From Candidatus Micrarchaeia archaeon (GTDB lineage: Archaea; Micrarchaeota; Micrarchaeia; CABMEP01): DNA of 64,000 nucleotides. Both the position numbers and the translations under genes were made by a program. Positions 9,144 to 18,723 of the stretch are shown here, piece by piece (the first letter of the stretch is position 1; each line of letters begins with the position of its first letter). The notes beneath the pieces are model-generated. The model ran no database searches, had not been told where the DNA came from, and saw nothing but the letters and a program-made list of their open reading frames with translations. The stretch covers positions 128,001 through 192,000 of the forward strand of contig JAVZPM010000001.1 of assembly GCA_038881595.1 (NCBI GenBank), given 5' to 3'.

Positions 9144-10040
9144 ATGATAAAAGGCTCTCCTGATTTACAAGTTTGGATTTCAACAGCTTTAGTATTTGGT
9201 TTAATAGCAGGTATACTCGGAGTTATAATGCTTATGACTGGAAATGAAATATCTATATTTGTAGTATTATTTTTCAGCCTAATATTATTAGGGATCCAAT
9301 GGTATTTAGGTCCAATAATTGTCAAGTGGGTAAGCGGAGCAAGAGAAGTAAGTGTTAATGAAGCACCTGAACTTCATGCTGCTGTTGAAAGAATTGCTAA
9401 AGAATCTGGAATACCTAAGCCGAAGTTATACATTGTAAATAGTCAAGTACCTAATGCTTTTGCTTTTGGAAGGGGAAAAAATGACGCTGGAATTGCAATA
9501 CATACTGGATTATTGCAGAGATTAAACAAACAAGAGGTTGAAGCAGTAATTGCACATGAAATAGGGCATATTAAGCACAATGATGTTGTGATAATGACCA
9601 TTGCAAGTGTTATACCTGTATTATTATACTACTTTGCAGTTGCACTTATTAGCGGAAGAGATGATAGACCAAACCCAATCGCTGTATTTGTAGGTGCAAT
9701 TCTTGCAAGACTTTTAGGACAATTGGTTGTACTTTGGCTATCAAGACAAAGAGAATATTATGCAGATGCACACAGTGCATACATAATGAAAGATTCAATG
9801 CCTTTAGCAAGAGCATTGGTAAAAATTACATATAATATTCCTCAAAATAGCACGAATGAATCTTTAAGTACACTATATGTAGCTGAGTATGAGGTTGTTT
9901 CCAGCAGAATTGCTAATGCAATTAGCAGAAATGATCCAAATGCTTTACTAGCAGCAATTGAAAAGGAACCAGATAATCCATTTGAGATTATAAGTACGCA
10001 TCCAAGCCTAAAGAAGAGAATAAAAGCCTTATTCTCTTAA
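9144..10040 (+). CDS. htpX: Zinc metalloprotease HtpX (M48 family)
   Basis: PNAFAFG, HEIGH, SRQREYYAD and STHPS motifs with transmembrane helices. Confidence 0.95.
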   Translation: MIKGSPDLQVWISTALVFGLIAGILGVIMLMTGNEISIFVVLFFSLILLGIQWYLGPIIVKWVSGAREVSVNEAPELHAAVERIAKESGIPKPKLYIVNSQVPNAFAFGRGKNDAGIAIHTGLLQRLNKQEVEAVIAHEIGHIKHNDVVIMTIASVIPVLLYYFAVALISGRDDRPNPIAVFVGAILARLLGQLVVLWLSRQREYYADAHSAYIMKDSMPLARALVKITYNIPQNSTNESLSTLYVAEYEVVSSRIANAISRNDPNALLAAIEKEPDNPFEIISTHPSLKKRIKALFS

Positions 10041-10081
10041 TAAATAATTTATTTATTGAATTTGAATGTGTGAGGTTTTAT

Positions 10082-10600
10082 ATGTTAACTATAAAACATT
10101 ACAGAAGGCCGATCGCTGCTATCAGTATCACAGGTGACAGATCAAGGATCACGCCTTCTGTTCTTACTAAATTTCTAAAGCCTTTGGTTGAAAAAAACAT
10201 ACAGATTTATGCAATATCTACTGGAGAAAAAGAAGTGATACTTTTTATTGATGAGGCAGAAAGTGACAAGGCAGTTATATATCTTACTGAAGAAGCTGCA
10301 GAAAGTTCATTTGAATGTATAGCTGTAAGAAGAGGCCTAGGTATGATTAGTGTTAACGGGCCAGAGATGGTTACTACACCAGGTCTTTTAAATAAACTTA
10401 CCTCTCCCTTAGCAAAGCAAAGAATCAATATAGTTGCAGTAACTTCTGCATTCGATTCTGTAATATTCTTTTTTGATTTGAAAGACGCTGAGAAAGTGTT
10501 TAAATTCTGGGAGAACTATGTACCAGAAAAAATAAGTATATTTAGAAAAGCAAAAGAAAAAGTAAGTGGAATATTGAGAACTATCATTCCTAAGAAGTAA
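10082..10600 (+). CDS. Stand-alone tandem ACT-domain protein (aspartokinase C-terminal-like)
   Basis: ISVNGPEMVTTPGLLNKLTSPLAKQRINI matches the aspartokinase ACT pattern. No kinase domain is present. Confidence 0.75.
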   Translation: MLTIKHYRRPIAAISITGDRSRITPSVLTKFLKPLVEKNIQIYAISTGEKEVILFIDEAESDKAVIYLTEEAAESSFECIAVRRGLGMISVNGPEMVTTPGLLNKLTSPLAKQRINIVAVTSAFDSVIFFFDLKDAEKVFKFWENYVPEKISIFRKAKEKVSGILRTIIPKK

Positions 10601-10645
10601 TGTTTTTACTGTTTCTTTTCTCTTCATTTCTAAAAAATAATCTCT

Positions 10646-12781
10646 CTAAGTTAGTCCACATGTTACTCTTGCAGCAACTGCATCTTTAATTACTTGTAAG
10701 ATAGAACTGTCAAAATCATAAGTAGGGATTTGATTGTTTCCAGAAGGTGGTTGAGGGGTTTGCGGTTCTGTAGACTCTGGTGGTTGTATTGGTGGCGTAG
10801 GTGAGGTAGGTAAAGAAGGTTGTTCAGGAATTGTGGGAGTCTGATATTTACAATTCTGATCATATAACATACAATAGAATATATCTTGATACTCTTTACA
10901 TAATGTCAAATAAAGATCACAGAATGAAGATTGCATGTATACTGCTTTAGAATTAATTGAAGAAGGTTCTAGTAAAAAGATATGTGATTTGATATTCCTT
11001 TCCATATTTGCAGAAGGAGAATATTTATTAAATTCTTGATTATAAGCTGCTTCTCCTTTTAATGTTCCATATACAATGAAATATGCAAGTAATGTATCAT
11101 CAATATTCGATTTCTTGTTTAGTGTTTTATTTTGATAATATGCCATTGTCTCTGCAAGACAGCATAAATCTCTTTGTTCCTGATTTGAATAAATTTCGCA
11201 TTTATTTCCACAGTGCTTTTCATATTGCTGAAGCTGATTTTGATAATATCCTAATTTCTGAAGTGTTGCCATGAAAAGAGATGAATCTATAAAATACTTC
11301 GAAGCAATATTGGATATAAACTTATTATTCTTCTCGCAATAAGGACTAAAGAAAGTACCCGGTCCTGCAGATATTTCGTAAAACAATTTTGAATTGCATG
11401 TTTCATCTTTCTTTATTCTTTGTAAAGGTAATTCACTATAATTTTTTACATCACCAAACATAAACATTGTAGTTGATGATTTATACATTGCGCAAGCTGA
11501 AGGCTTGTCACCTTCCCTTGAGAAAATACTATATGTTGCAAAATTAAATGAAGAAGATGCTGGTGTATAATAAATAGAGCAGAAGAAGCTAATTGACTTA
11601 TACATCTCAGAAGAAAGTTGTGATATATCTGGTGCTATTATTCCTATAACACCTGAAGAAACTAAATCTGGAATAGACCTTATAAGATAATCATAAAACC
11701 TAGCTATAGATTCATTAGTCCACTCACATGTTTTCTTTGTATTTTTTCCTTCGCTTCCTTTTACGATTACTATCACAGGTTTGTTATACTTTTCAGTGAT
11801 ATTTTGAGCAAATGATTTAATCGAATTTGTTTCGTTTTGAATCGATATTAATGGATCACAAGTGTCAAACGAATTAAGGTCTGCGGTAAATGCGATTACA
11901 TCTATACTCTCCCAGTCTAATGGATAGTTTTTATAATAATCTAATGTATCCAGATCGCCATATTTTATTGTAGCTGTCACAATGCAATTTTTGCAACTTG
12001 TATTTATAGAGTAAAATGAACCTATAGGGGAGATAATATTTGGATCAAATTTAGATTTGTTAAATTCATATCCTGGAGATATAAATGCTGGTCCCTCCCC
12101 GTCTATCTTTTTTGTAAACGAACTTAAAGAGCTTTCAAGTTTTCCAAATTTATAGAATGGGATTGTGCCTGAATTTAATATACAATCATTCATATTAGTA
12201 AATCTTTTCTTAACACTATCACTCTCTATTTCTTTTGGGATAGATGACACATCAATAAGATTAATTCCCAAATGTCCGTTACAGCTAGAAAATATCTCAT
12301 CTCCGGCATAAGCACTATCACCAATCCCTATCATTACTGGCTGAATAAACTTTGAACTTGAAGATGACGTACCTGTTTGAGAGGATCCTGAACCTGACTG
12401 AGAAGTAGTTTCTAATATTCTAGTAAGGCCTGTAAGAGAATTCAATCTCTTTAAGTCTTCTTCATTGTCCAGATTAAATTGTTGAAATGTACATTCTTTA
12501 CCTGCAAGACTTGCGGTTTCTTTTGAAAAATATCCTTTTACTGAACTCCAAACTTTTATCCACCATGAAGAATATTCGCACACCATTACCGTACAATTGT
12601 TAAAAGATGGATAAATCTGTTGAATGTGTTCAATTTGATCTTTTTTAATATATTGATCTATTGGTTCGATCTTTTTTATACAACCGAAAAGAGATATTGA
12701 TACGAATGTAATAACAAGAAGTATAAGAAAAAATCTTTTACCTTTAGAATCTAATGAAATTCTTAAGTTATTTTCAACCAT
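10646..12781 (-). CDS. Large surface lipoprotein of unknown function, last gene of the paralog cluster
   Basis: 711-aa ORF with lipobox SLFGC, a Ser/Thr linker, many Cys and a Pro-rich segment near the C-terminus. Confidence 0.75.
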   Translation of the reverse strand: MVENNLRISLDSKGKRFFLILLVITFVSISLFGCIKKIEPIDQYIKKDQIEHIQQIYPSFNNCTVMVCEYSSWWIKVWSSVKGYFSKETASLAGKECTFQQFNLDNEEDLKRLNSLTGLTRILETTSQSGSGSSQTGTSSSSSKFIQPVMIGIGDSAYAGDEIFSSCNGHLGINLIDVSSIPKEIESDSVKKRFTNMNDCILNSGTIPFYKFGKLESSLSSFTKKIDGEGPAFISPGYEFNKSKFDPNIISPIGSFYSINTSCKNCIVTATIKYGDLDTLDYYKNYPLDWESIDVIAFTADLNSFDTCDPLISIQNETNSIKSFAQNITEKYNKPVIVIVKGSEGKNTKKTCEWTNESIARFYDYLIRSIPDLVSSGVIGIIAPDISQLSSEMYKSISFFCSIYYTPASSSFNFATYSIFSREGDKPSACAMYKSSTTMFMFGDVKNYSELPLQRIKKDETCNSKLFYEISAGPGTFFSPYCEKNNKFISNIASKYFIDSSLFMATLQKLGYYQNQLQQYEKHCGNKCEIYSNQEQRDLCCLAETMAYYQNKTLNKKSNIDDTLLAYFIVYGTLKGEAAYNQEFNKYSPSANMERNIKSHIFLLEPSSINSKAVYMQSSFCDLYLTLCKEYQDIFYCMLYDQNCKYQTPTIPEQPSLPTSPTPPIQPPESTEPQTPQPPSGNNQIPTYDFDSSILQVIKDAVAARVTCGLT

Positions 12782-12800
12782 AAGACCACTTTATTTATTT

Positions 12801-14564
12801 TTATTCGTTTGCCTTTTCATTCTCTTTTGGTTTTTGCTCTTCCATTAATAATTCTTCAAGGCCTTCTATTGTAAATTCTGTATCGTATTTACCTGTTTTT
12901 ATATTTTCTAAATATGCTTTAGCACGTCTTAATATTTGGTAATAAAGGAATCCGATTTGAATTGTTAGTTTATCTTTAGTTTTTTCATCGTTTGCTTTAA
13001 CTGCAGATTTATATTGTTTAAGAAGATTTTGAAGTTTTGCTATCATATTTTCATATTCTTCTTTAGTCATTGCAATTTGCAATATCTCCTTGTTCATTCG
13101 TTTGTATCCTTTTGGCTTAATTTCATTGATCAGTTCTGATATAAATTTAGTCTTTTCTATATAATTCATCTTTCTTATTTCACTTAGACGGATATCTCCT
13201 TTCTTTATTAATGATTCTACGCTCGGTTGCATTTTATTGAATGCTGCAATAAATTTAGATATATACAATCTGTCGAGTTCAACTTTAGCTTTAATTAATG
13301 GATGAATCTGTTCATTAATTATCTCATTTGGAACATCCTTAGGTACTAATACTTTAACTAATTCACTTATTTTTTCATCTAATCCCTTTTCTAATGATTG
13401 TATATTGACTGTTTTTGTTTCCTTATTGATGTGTTTTTTATCCTTTATTTCATTTAATAGAATTTTCTCTGCCTCTACTAATGAATTTCCAAGAACTTCG
13501 GGATCTAGATTAGTTGCATTTGTTCCTGCTGTAGCAGAGATTATCTTATTCGTTACTTCAATAGCAGCTGAAAGTTCTTCTCTATACATCCTTAATCTAT
13601 CTTTAAGATCTTGGATTTCTATTCTCTTGCGGAACTTTTCATCTGTCAATTTTCCTTTTGGATATGGTGGTTGTAATTTAAGTTTTTCCTCTGTCTCTTT
13701 CATTTGCTTAGCAGCCCATTCTCTTCTTTGTTGAAGTTTGTTAAGAATACCCTTATCTGTAACAAACTTAACTAAGTTTAGCGATGCTTTAGATGGATTT
13801 ATATATGCCTGTCTTTGAATTTCTGTTAGAATCTTCTTTTCCTCTTTAGTTTCTACATATTTATCTAATGCAGATGCTGCAGAAATTATTTTTGAAGAAG
13901 CAGGTACAGAATAAACTATTAATGGAAGTTGCGGCATTTTTGACCATTTAAGTTTTTGTGGCTTTGGATAGGAAGGACCTCTTGTTTTTGGAGTTGTTAT
14001 ATCTAACAAAGCTAATGGGTCTCTACCAGAAGCATACAATGCTGCAATTAATGCTCCGATAATAAAGAATATAATGAGCCAACTTGCATCTACAATTTCA
14101 TTAAGTGGCGGAATTGGAAATAATTTTGGAATTGAAATCGTAAATTGAGAGGTTGCATAACTTGAATTTCCTTCGAATACAAAAAGAATTGCTGGATTGG
14201 ATTCGACTATTCTTCCTATGCAACTTCCTTTTCCGTCTTGGCCCGTTATGAATTCACAAACATACCTTTTATCCTCTGGCTTAGCTGGATTGATTGAATA
14301 AACTAATATTCTGGCAGAGGAAATTGGCGAATATTTAAAATTATTAATTATTGTTGAGGGATCAACTTTTCCAGTTTCTAACCTTTCCTTTAAAATTGTT
14401 CTATCTTCAGGAACTGAAATAGAAACGAGTGTTGCAGAAAAATTGTAATTATTGTTTGTCTGTTCCTTTGCATCTGCATAAAGTATGTATGTTGGTATTG
14501 CTTGTGCTGTAATTAGACTGATGAAGAATATAGAGAATATCAAAATTTTAATTATATTACACAT
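12801..14564 (-). CDS. Hypothetical bitopic membrane protein (signal peptide, beta-rich ectodomain, one TM helix, long basic helical tail)
   Basis: 587-aa ORF with signal peptide ending TAQA, TM WLIIFFIIGALIAALYASG, and a Lys/Glu-rich tail. Confidence 0.75.
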   Translation of the reverse strand: MCNIIKILIFSIFFISLITAQAIPTYILYADAKEQTNNNYNFSATLVSISVPEDRTILKERLETGKVDPSTIINNFKYSPISSARILVYSINPAKPEDKRYVCEFITGQDGKGSCIGRIVESNPAILFVFEGNSSYATSQFTISIPKLFPIPPLNEIVDASWLIIFFIIGALIAALYASGRDPLALLDITTPKTRGPSYPKPQKLKWSKMPQLPLIVYSVPASSKIISAASALDKYVETKEEKKILTEIQRQAYINPSKASLNLVKFVTDKGILNKLQQRREWAAKQMKETEEKLKLQPPYPKGKLTDEKFRKRIEIQDLKDRLRMYREELSAAIEVTNKIISATAGTNATNLDPEVLGNSLVEAEKILLNEIKDKKHINKETKTVNIQSLEKGLDEKISELVKVLVPKDVPNEIINEQIHPLIKAKVELDRLYISKFIAAFNKMQPSVESLIKKGDIRLSEIRKMNYIEKTKFISELINEIKPKGYKRMNKEILQIAMTKEEYENMIAKLQNLLKQYKSAVKANDEKTKDKLTIQIGFLYYQILRRAKAYLENIKTGKYDTEFTIEGLEELLMEEQKPKENEKANE

Positions 14565-14633
14565 ATAATCACTCTAAATATAATATAATTTTTCATTTTT
14601 ATATACTTATTGATTCTTCTGATCACTTTATGC

Positions 14634-15851
14634 TTATATTAGTTTAACCAAACCTTCCGCAAATTCCTGTATATCTGCATTTAATATAATTCCGAAAGAT
14701 TTGATAAATGTATAGGTGATAACCAATGATAAAACTGGAAATATAAAACCAAATACGAATAGTTCTCCGATCAAAGCGTTAACACTATCATTTATTTCCG
14801 TTGCAATCGCACTTATGCCCTCACCACTAATTTTTATTATCATTGATGTTATTTTTACAGGTAATGATGGAATATTAGTTACAAGATCTTGTATGCAAGA
14901 AAGTTGCATTGTTCCAGAGGTCTCTAAAAATGTAACCTGTGAGGATCCTTGAATTCCCATTGTTAGAAACAAACTGAATGTGATAGGATAAACAAAATAC
15001 AAGCCTAAAGCTATAGAAATAAACATATTGCCTATAGATCGAACAAATGGAAAACCTCTTAATACAATTCCTATTGGAAGAAATACAGTAAGCATTGTTT
15101 GCTGGATAAATGAAAGAAGATGTAATTGGAAATATAACGAATATATCAGGTATGAAAGATTTGACATTGCTCTATTTAATGATGTAAGGAATGCTCGAAA
15201 TGGAATAATCGTTAATTGTGATGTAAATGTATTTCCAACAAAGAAACTACTAATACCCTTAAATATAGAACCTATCTTAGACTGTGTTTCCACATCTTCT
15301 TTTTTATCTACTCCTGTAAACACGAAGAAAGGATATGCGATACAGAATACATCTTGATATCTCTTAATTGCAAGTTTATTGAGCGATGCTAGATAAAAAT
15401 CTGCTACTGAAAATGGTGAATAACCTTTTTGAGATATGTATTCGGTAAGCTTTTCGCTACCTGCTATATTTATGTTTTTAGATAGTAAAAATACAAATTC
15501 ACCTGACTTTGATGCCAGTACATCTACTATTGCTACTATGAAAACTGCCAACAAAAGAGTGGATAATGCATAAAGAAACTCATATTTTGCAAACTTTTCA
15601 AGATCAGAAGATTGAAATATTTTAGAAAACATATAAGCAAGGGCTGCAAACAAAAAAGAGATAGAAACTGCGATTAAGGCAATTAATTGCCAGGGAAATT
15701 CAGAAGATGTCCATACTTTATTAAATTCCTGTGCAGGACCAGATGTTTGAGCAAAGATAATAGATGAAAATGCTAAAAGAAAGAAAGTTATAATTCTAAA
15801 GTTTAATTCCTTTGTTTCGTTTGTAAATACTTTTTTATTGTATTTTTTCAT
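14634..15851 (-). CDS. Polytopic membrane protein, paralog 6 of the tandem array (CedA/VirB6-like)
   Basis: Shared motifs ALAYMFS..LEKFAKYE, LPIGIVLRGFPFVRSIG..LYFVYP and C-terminal LVKLI. The ATG at 15851 has an RBS; the track start at 15899 overlaps the upstream gene. Confidence 0.75.
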   Translation of the reverse strand: MKKYNKKVFTNETKELNFRIITFFLLAFSSIIFAQTSGPAQEFNKVWTSSEFPWQLIALIAVSISFLFAALAYMFSKIFQSSDLEKFAKYEFLYALSTLLLAVFIVAIVDVLASKSGEFVFLLSKNINIAGSEKLTEYISQKGYSPFSVADFYLASLNKLAIKRYQDVFCIAYPFFVFTGVDKKEDVETQSKIGSIFKGISSFFVGNTFTSQLTIIPFRAFLTSLNRAMSNLSYLIYSLYFQLHLLSFIQQTMLTVFLPIGIVLRGFPFVRSIGNMFISIALGLYFVYPITFSLFLTMGIQGSSQVTFLETSGTMQLSCIQDLVTNIPSLPVKITSMIIKISGEGISAIATEINDSVNALIGELFVFGFIFPVLSLVITYTFIKSFGIILNADIQEFAEGLVKLI

Positions 15852-15883
15852 ACCTTCACTTCCTTCTTTTTTATTTTTAAAAT

Positions 15884-17452
15884 TTATATTAATCTCCATA
15901 TACTTGCTGTCTCAATCTCTTGTCCAAGAGCCTGAGATAGATCTGATGTTGCCTTTGCTATTATAGTTAGATTTAATAATGGTAATATTATACCCACTAT
16001 AAATGTTATCACTATATCCTTAAATAAATAATCAAACGCCTTATCTATATAGGTCTTTCCTTCATTATCTTCAAAATTAAATCTAGATAGCTCTAACTCT
16101 GTTATTATTTGCTGTGTATCTTCAGGAATTATTGAACTAAACGCCGAAACACCCATATAAACGGAGTTCTGATCCTCTTCAGTAATTATACTTCTTACAC
16201 ATACTTTGTTAGGTGCTATTCCTACGCATCTTCTTGAAATGCATTCTTCATCAAACATACAAGATTCACCTATCTTCTTTAATCTTGTACATGTTTTTAT
16301 ATTTGAAATATCTGTTTTACAAAATGAAAGTGCGCAATCACTATCGAAGATGCAATTTTGACCAGGAAGCTTACCTAATTCACATCTTTTAGTTGTTAAA
16401 TTTAAAATTAAACCTTTACAACAGGGTAGTCCATCTGAAATAAATCCTTCAGAAACACATTTTATGCATCTTTTAGATGATGAATTACAAAATCCTGATT
16501 GACACTCAAAATCGTTTCTACAGATCTCTCCTTCCTTTTTCATAGGATTACACATTTTAATTCCAAGTGTTGAATTGTACTCGCAGATATGAGAGTAACA
16601 ATCAGAATCATCCTGACATTGCAAGCTTAATTCCTTTATCGGTTCAGATATATAACTTCCGACTAATAGACTATTAATTAATAATACAATTGGAATAAAG
16701 ATATATAACGCGATTCCTATACCTAATAATCCCCCACCAAATTTTCTAAATGGATAAATAGATCTAAAAACTATTCCTATTGGAATAAAGAACTTTAAAG
16801 AAATTAAAGGCATGATTAATAAAATATTTATCATTACAAGAATAGCCATATATGCACTTGCAAGAGAAGAAAATATAGCAAGTGATGCATCTGAAAAATA
16901 CGAGATTGGATTTATTAGTGCTCCAAATAAACCACTCTTTGCTATTGAACTATCTAACTTGTATTCGAATGAAGAGATTAATGATAATGACGAACCTAAT
17001 GCACCCATTTTTATAGCTGCACTAACTATATAATCTTTAACCGAAGATAAATAATTATAAGATGCGATATAAGGCGGGTCATTCAAATTAAATATTGAAG
17101 AAATAATATCGCTGCACATAAATGTCTCAACTATAAATACTAAAAATATTATAATAACAAAAGTGAAAAAGAATTGAAACAATTCCTCTTTGGCCCTATT
17201 TATAAATGAAGAATCGATAACTGATCCATAAAGATACAAAGCTGCAATAAAAACTGCACTCAATAGTAATCCTATTGCTGACAAAATTCTCCAATCATCA
17301 CTATTGAGTGTAAATTCACATGCTTCATTATTCAAATCTTCTATTTTCTTAGCTTTTTCTATTTGTATTGGTTGGGCAAAGATAGACGCAACTAATAATA
17401 GAAATAAAATGATGAACAATTTTTTACTTTTTATTAAATCTATTTCTCTCAC
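15884..17452 (-). CDS. Polytopic membrane protein, paralog 5, with a Cys-rich repeat insertion
   Basis: AALYLYG..NRAKEELFQ, IPIGIVFRSIYPFRKFG..LYIFIP and C-terminal IWRLI, plus a 20-Cys insert. Confidence 0.8.
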   Translation of the reverse strand: MREIDLIKSKKLFIILFLLLVASIFAQPIQIEKAKKIEDLNNEACEFTLNSDDWRILSAIGLLLSAVFIAALYLYGSVIDSSFINRAKEELFQFFFTFVIIIFLVFIVETFMCSDIISSIFNLNDPPYIASYNYLSSVKDYIVSAAIKMGALGSSLSLISSFEYKLDSSIAKSGLFGALINPISYFSDASLAIFSSLASAYMAILVMINILLIMPLISLKFFIPIGIVFRSIYPFRKFGGGLLGIGIALYIFIPIVLLINSLLVGSYISEPIKELSLQCQDDSDCYSHICEYNSTLGIKMCNPMKKEGEICRNDFECQSGFCNSSSKRCIKCVSEGFISDGLPCCKGLILNLTTKRCELGKLPGQNCIFDSDCALSFCKTDISNIKTCTRLKKIGESCMFDEECISRRCVGIAPNKVCVRSIITEEDQNSVYMGVSAFSSIIPEDTQQIITELELSRFNFEDNEGKTYIDKAFDYLFKDIVITFIVGIILPLLNLTIIAKATSDLSQALGQEIETASIWRLI

Positions 17453-17546
17453 ATCATCACACTCTATGATTGCTCATTGCGATCTATATTATTTATTATA
17501 GATTTTATACATAATTGCTAGTTGAATTAAAGTTACAAATTATTAC

Positions 17547-18686
17547 TTATAAATATTTAATTAAATCTCCAAACGATACATCTGCACCTAGCAATGAACC
17601 CAATTCTCTTGCTATAACAATTGTTATTGTAAAATCTATAATCGGTATTAATGTAAACAATATAAATGCAAATGCCGCTTCTGTAAATATTATAAATACA
17701 AAATTAAAAACATATTTGAAAGCAGAAAATGTTACTATAGTAATATTATTTGAAGATTTTTGCAAACATTCTAAAAAACCACTTGAAAACACATCTCTAA
17801 CTTTACATCCTTCTATATCAGTTTGCTTATCTATTCTTGCGCCTAAAATATCTCTCCAACTTTTATTCCCTGATAATCCTTCATTAAGTACTGCGTTTAC
17901 TATATTTTGATTTAATAAATAAGTCAATGGAAATATAATATATAATGAGATAGCAAGAACTATCAAAAGATTTGCAACTCTTCTACTAAAGTTGAATATT
18001 CTAAAGAATAAACCCAATGGAAGAATAAAAACAAACGCGACATTTTCTACAAACTCTAAGAAATAGATTTGCATTGAATTGAGAGCATAAACCACTCCAA
18101 ATCCACTTATAGCTATATCTATTATTTTTGTAATGGGATCAAAAAATGCATCTATAACTCCTCCAATGTCTATAGATACCACACTAAATACTGAAACAAA
18201 CTTTGAAATAAGGTTGCTAATATCTGGAAGTGATGAAACACTCATACTAGTTGCTATTTTTCCTCCGCCCAAAACTGTTTTTTCTGAGATTAGTCCACCC
18301 ATAATAAATGTAAGATATGATCTTACAGAATAAAGGTAATTCTTTGCATTTTCAATTGCTGGATTGGCTGCATTTGGTGAAGAAAGGTTGTATGCTTCAA
18401 AAATTATGCTTTCTATTTTTAAAATTCCAAATATTAAGAAAACTATAAAGGAAAATACTATTATTTGATATAGTTCATTATTTGCCCAAGCACTAAGTTC
18501 TTTCACACCAAATGCTTTTGATAACATAAGACCTAACGCTATAAATATTAGAGATAGAATTATTGCTGCCAAAACTGTTAATTCCCAGGGTACAGATCTT
18601 AGTGTTGGAATGTTTGTTTGCGGAACTTCTGCTACCAAAATCGGTAAAAGAAATAAAATGAATACAATAATTTTATTTATATCCAT
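17547..18686 (-). CDS. Polytopic membrane protein, paralog 4
   Basis: ALGLMLS..LSAWANNELYQ, LPLGLFFRIFNFSRRVA..LYIIFP and C-terminal LGADVSFGDLIKYL. Confidence 0.8.
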   Translation of the reverse strand: MDINKIIVFILFLLPILVAEVPQTNIPTLRSVPWELTVLAAIILSLIFIALGLMLSKAFGVKELSAWANNELYQIIVFSFIVFLIFGILKIESIIFEAYNLSSPNAANPAIENAKNYLYSVRSYLTFIMGGLISEKTVLGGGKIATSMSVSSLPDISNLISKFVSVFSVVSIDIGGVIDAFFDPITKIIDIAISGFGVVYALNSMQIYFLEFVENVAFVFILPLGLFFRIFNFSRRVANLLIVLAISLYIIFPLTYLLNQNIVNAVLNEGLSGNKSWRDILGARIDKQTDIEGCKVRDVFSSGFLECLQKSSNNITIVTFSAFKYVFNFVFIIFTEAAFAFILFTLIPIIDFTITIVIARELGSLLGADVSFGDLIKYL

Positions 18687-18723
18687 ATTCTCACTACATA
18701 TACTCTTTTTCTATCCCAATTAA

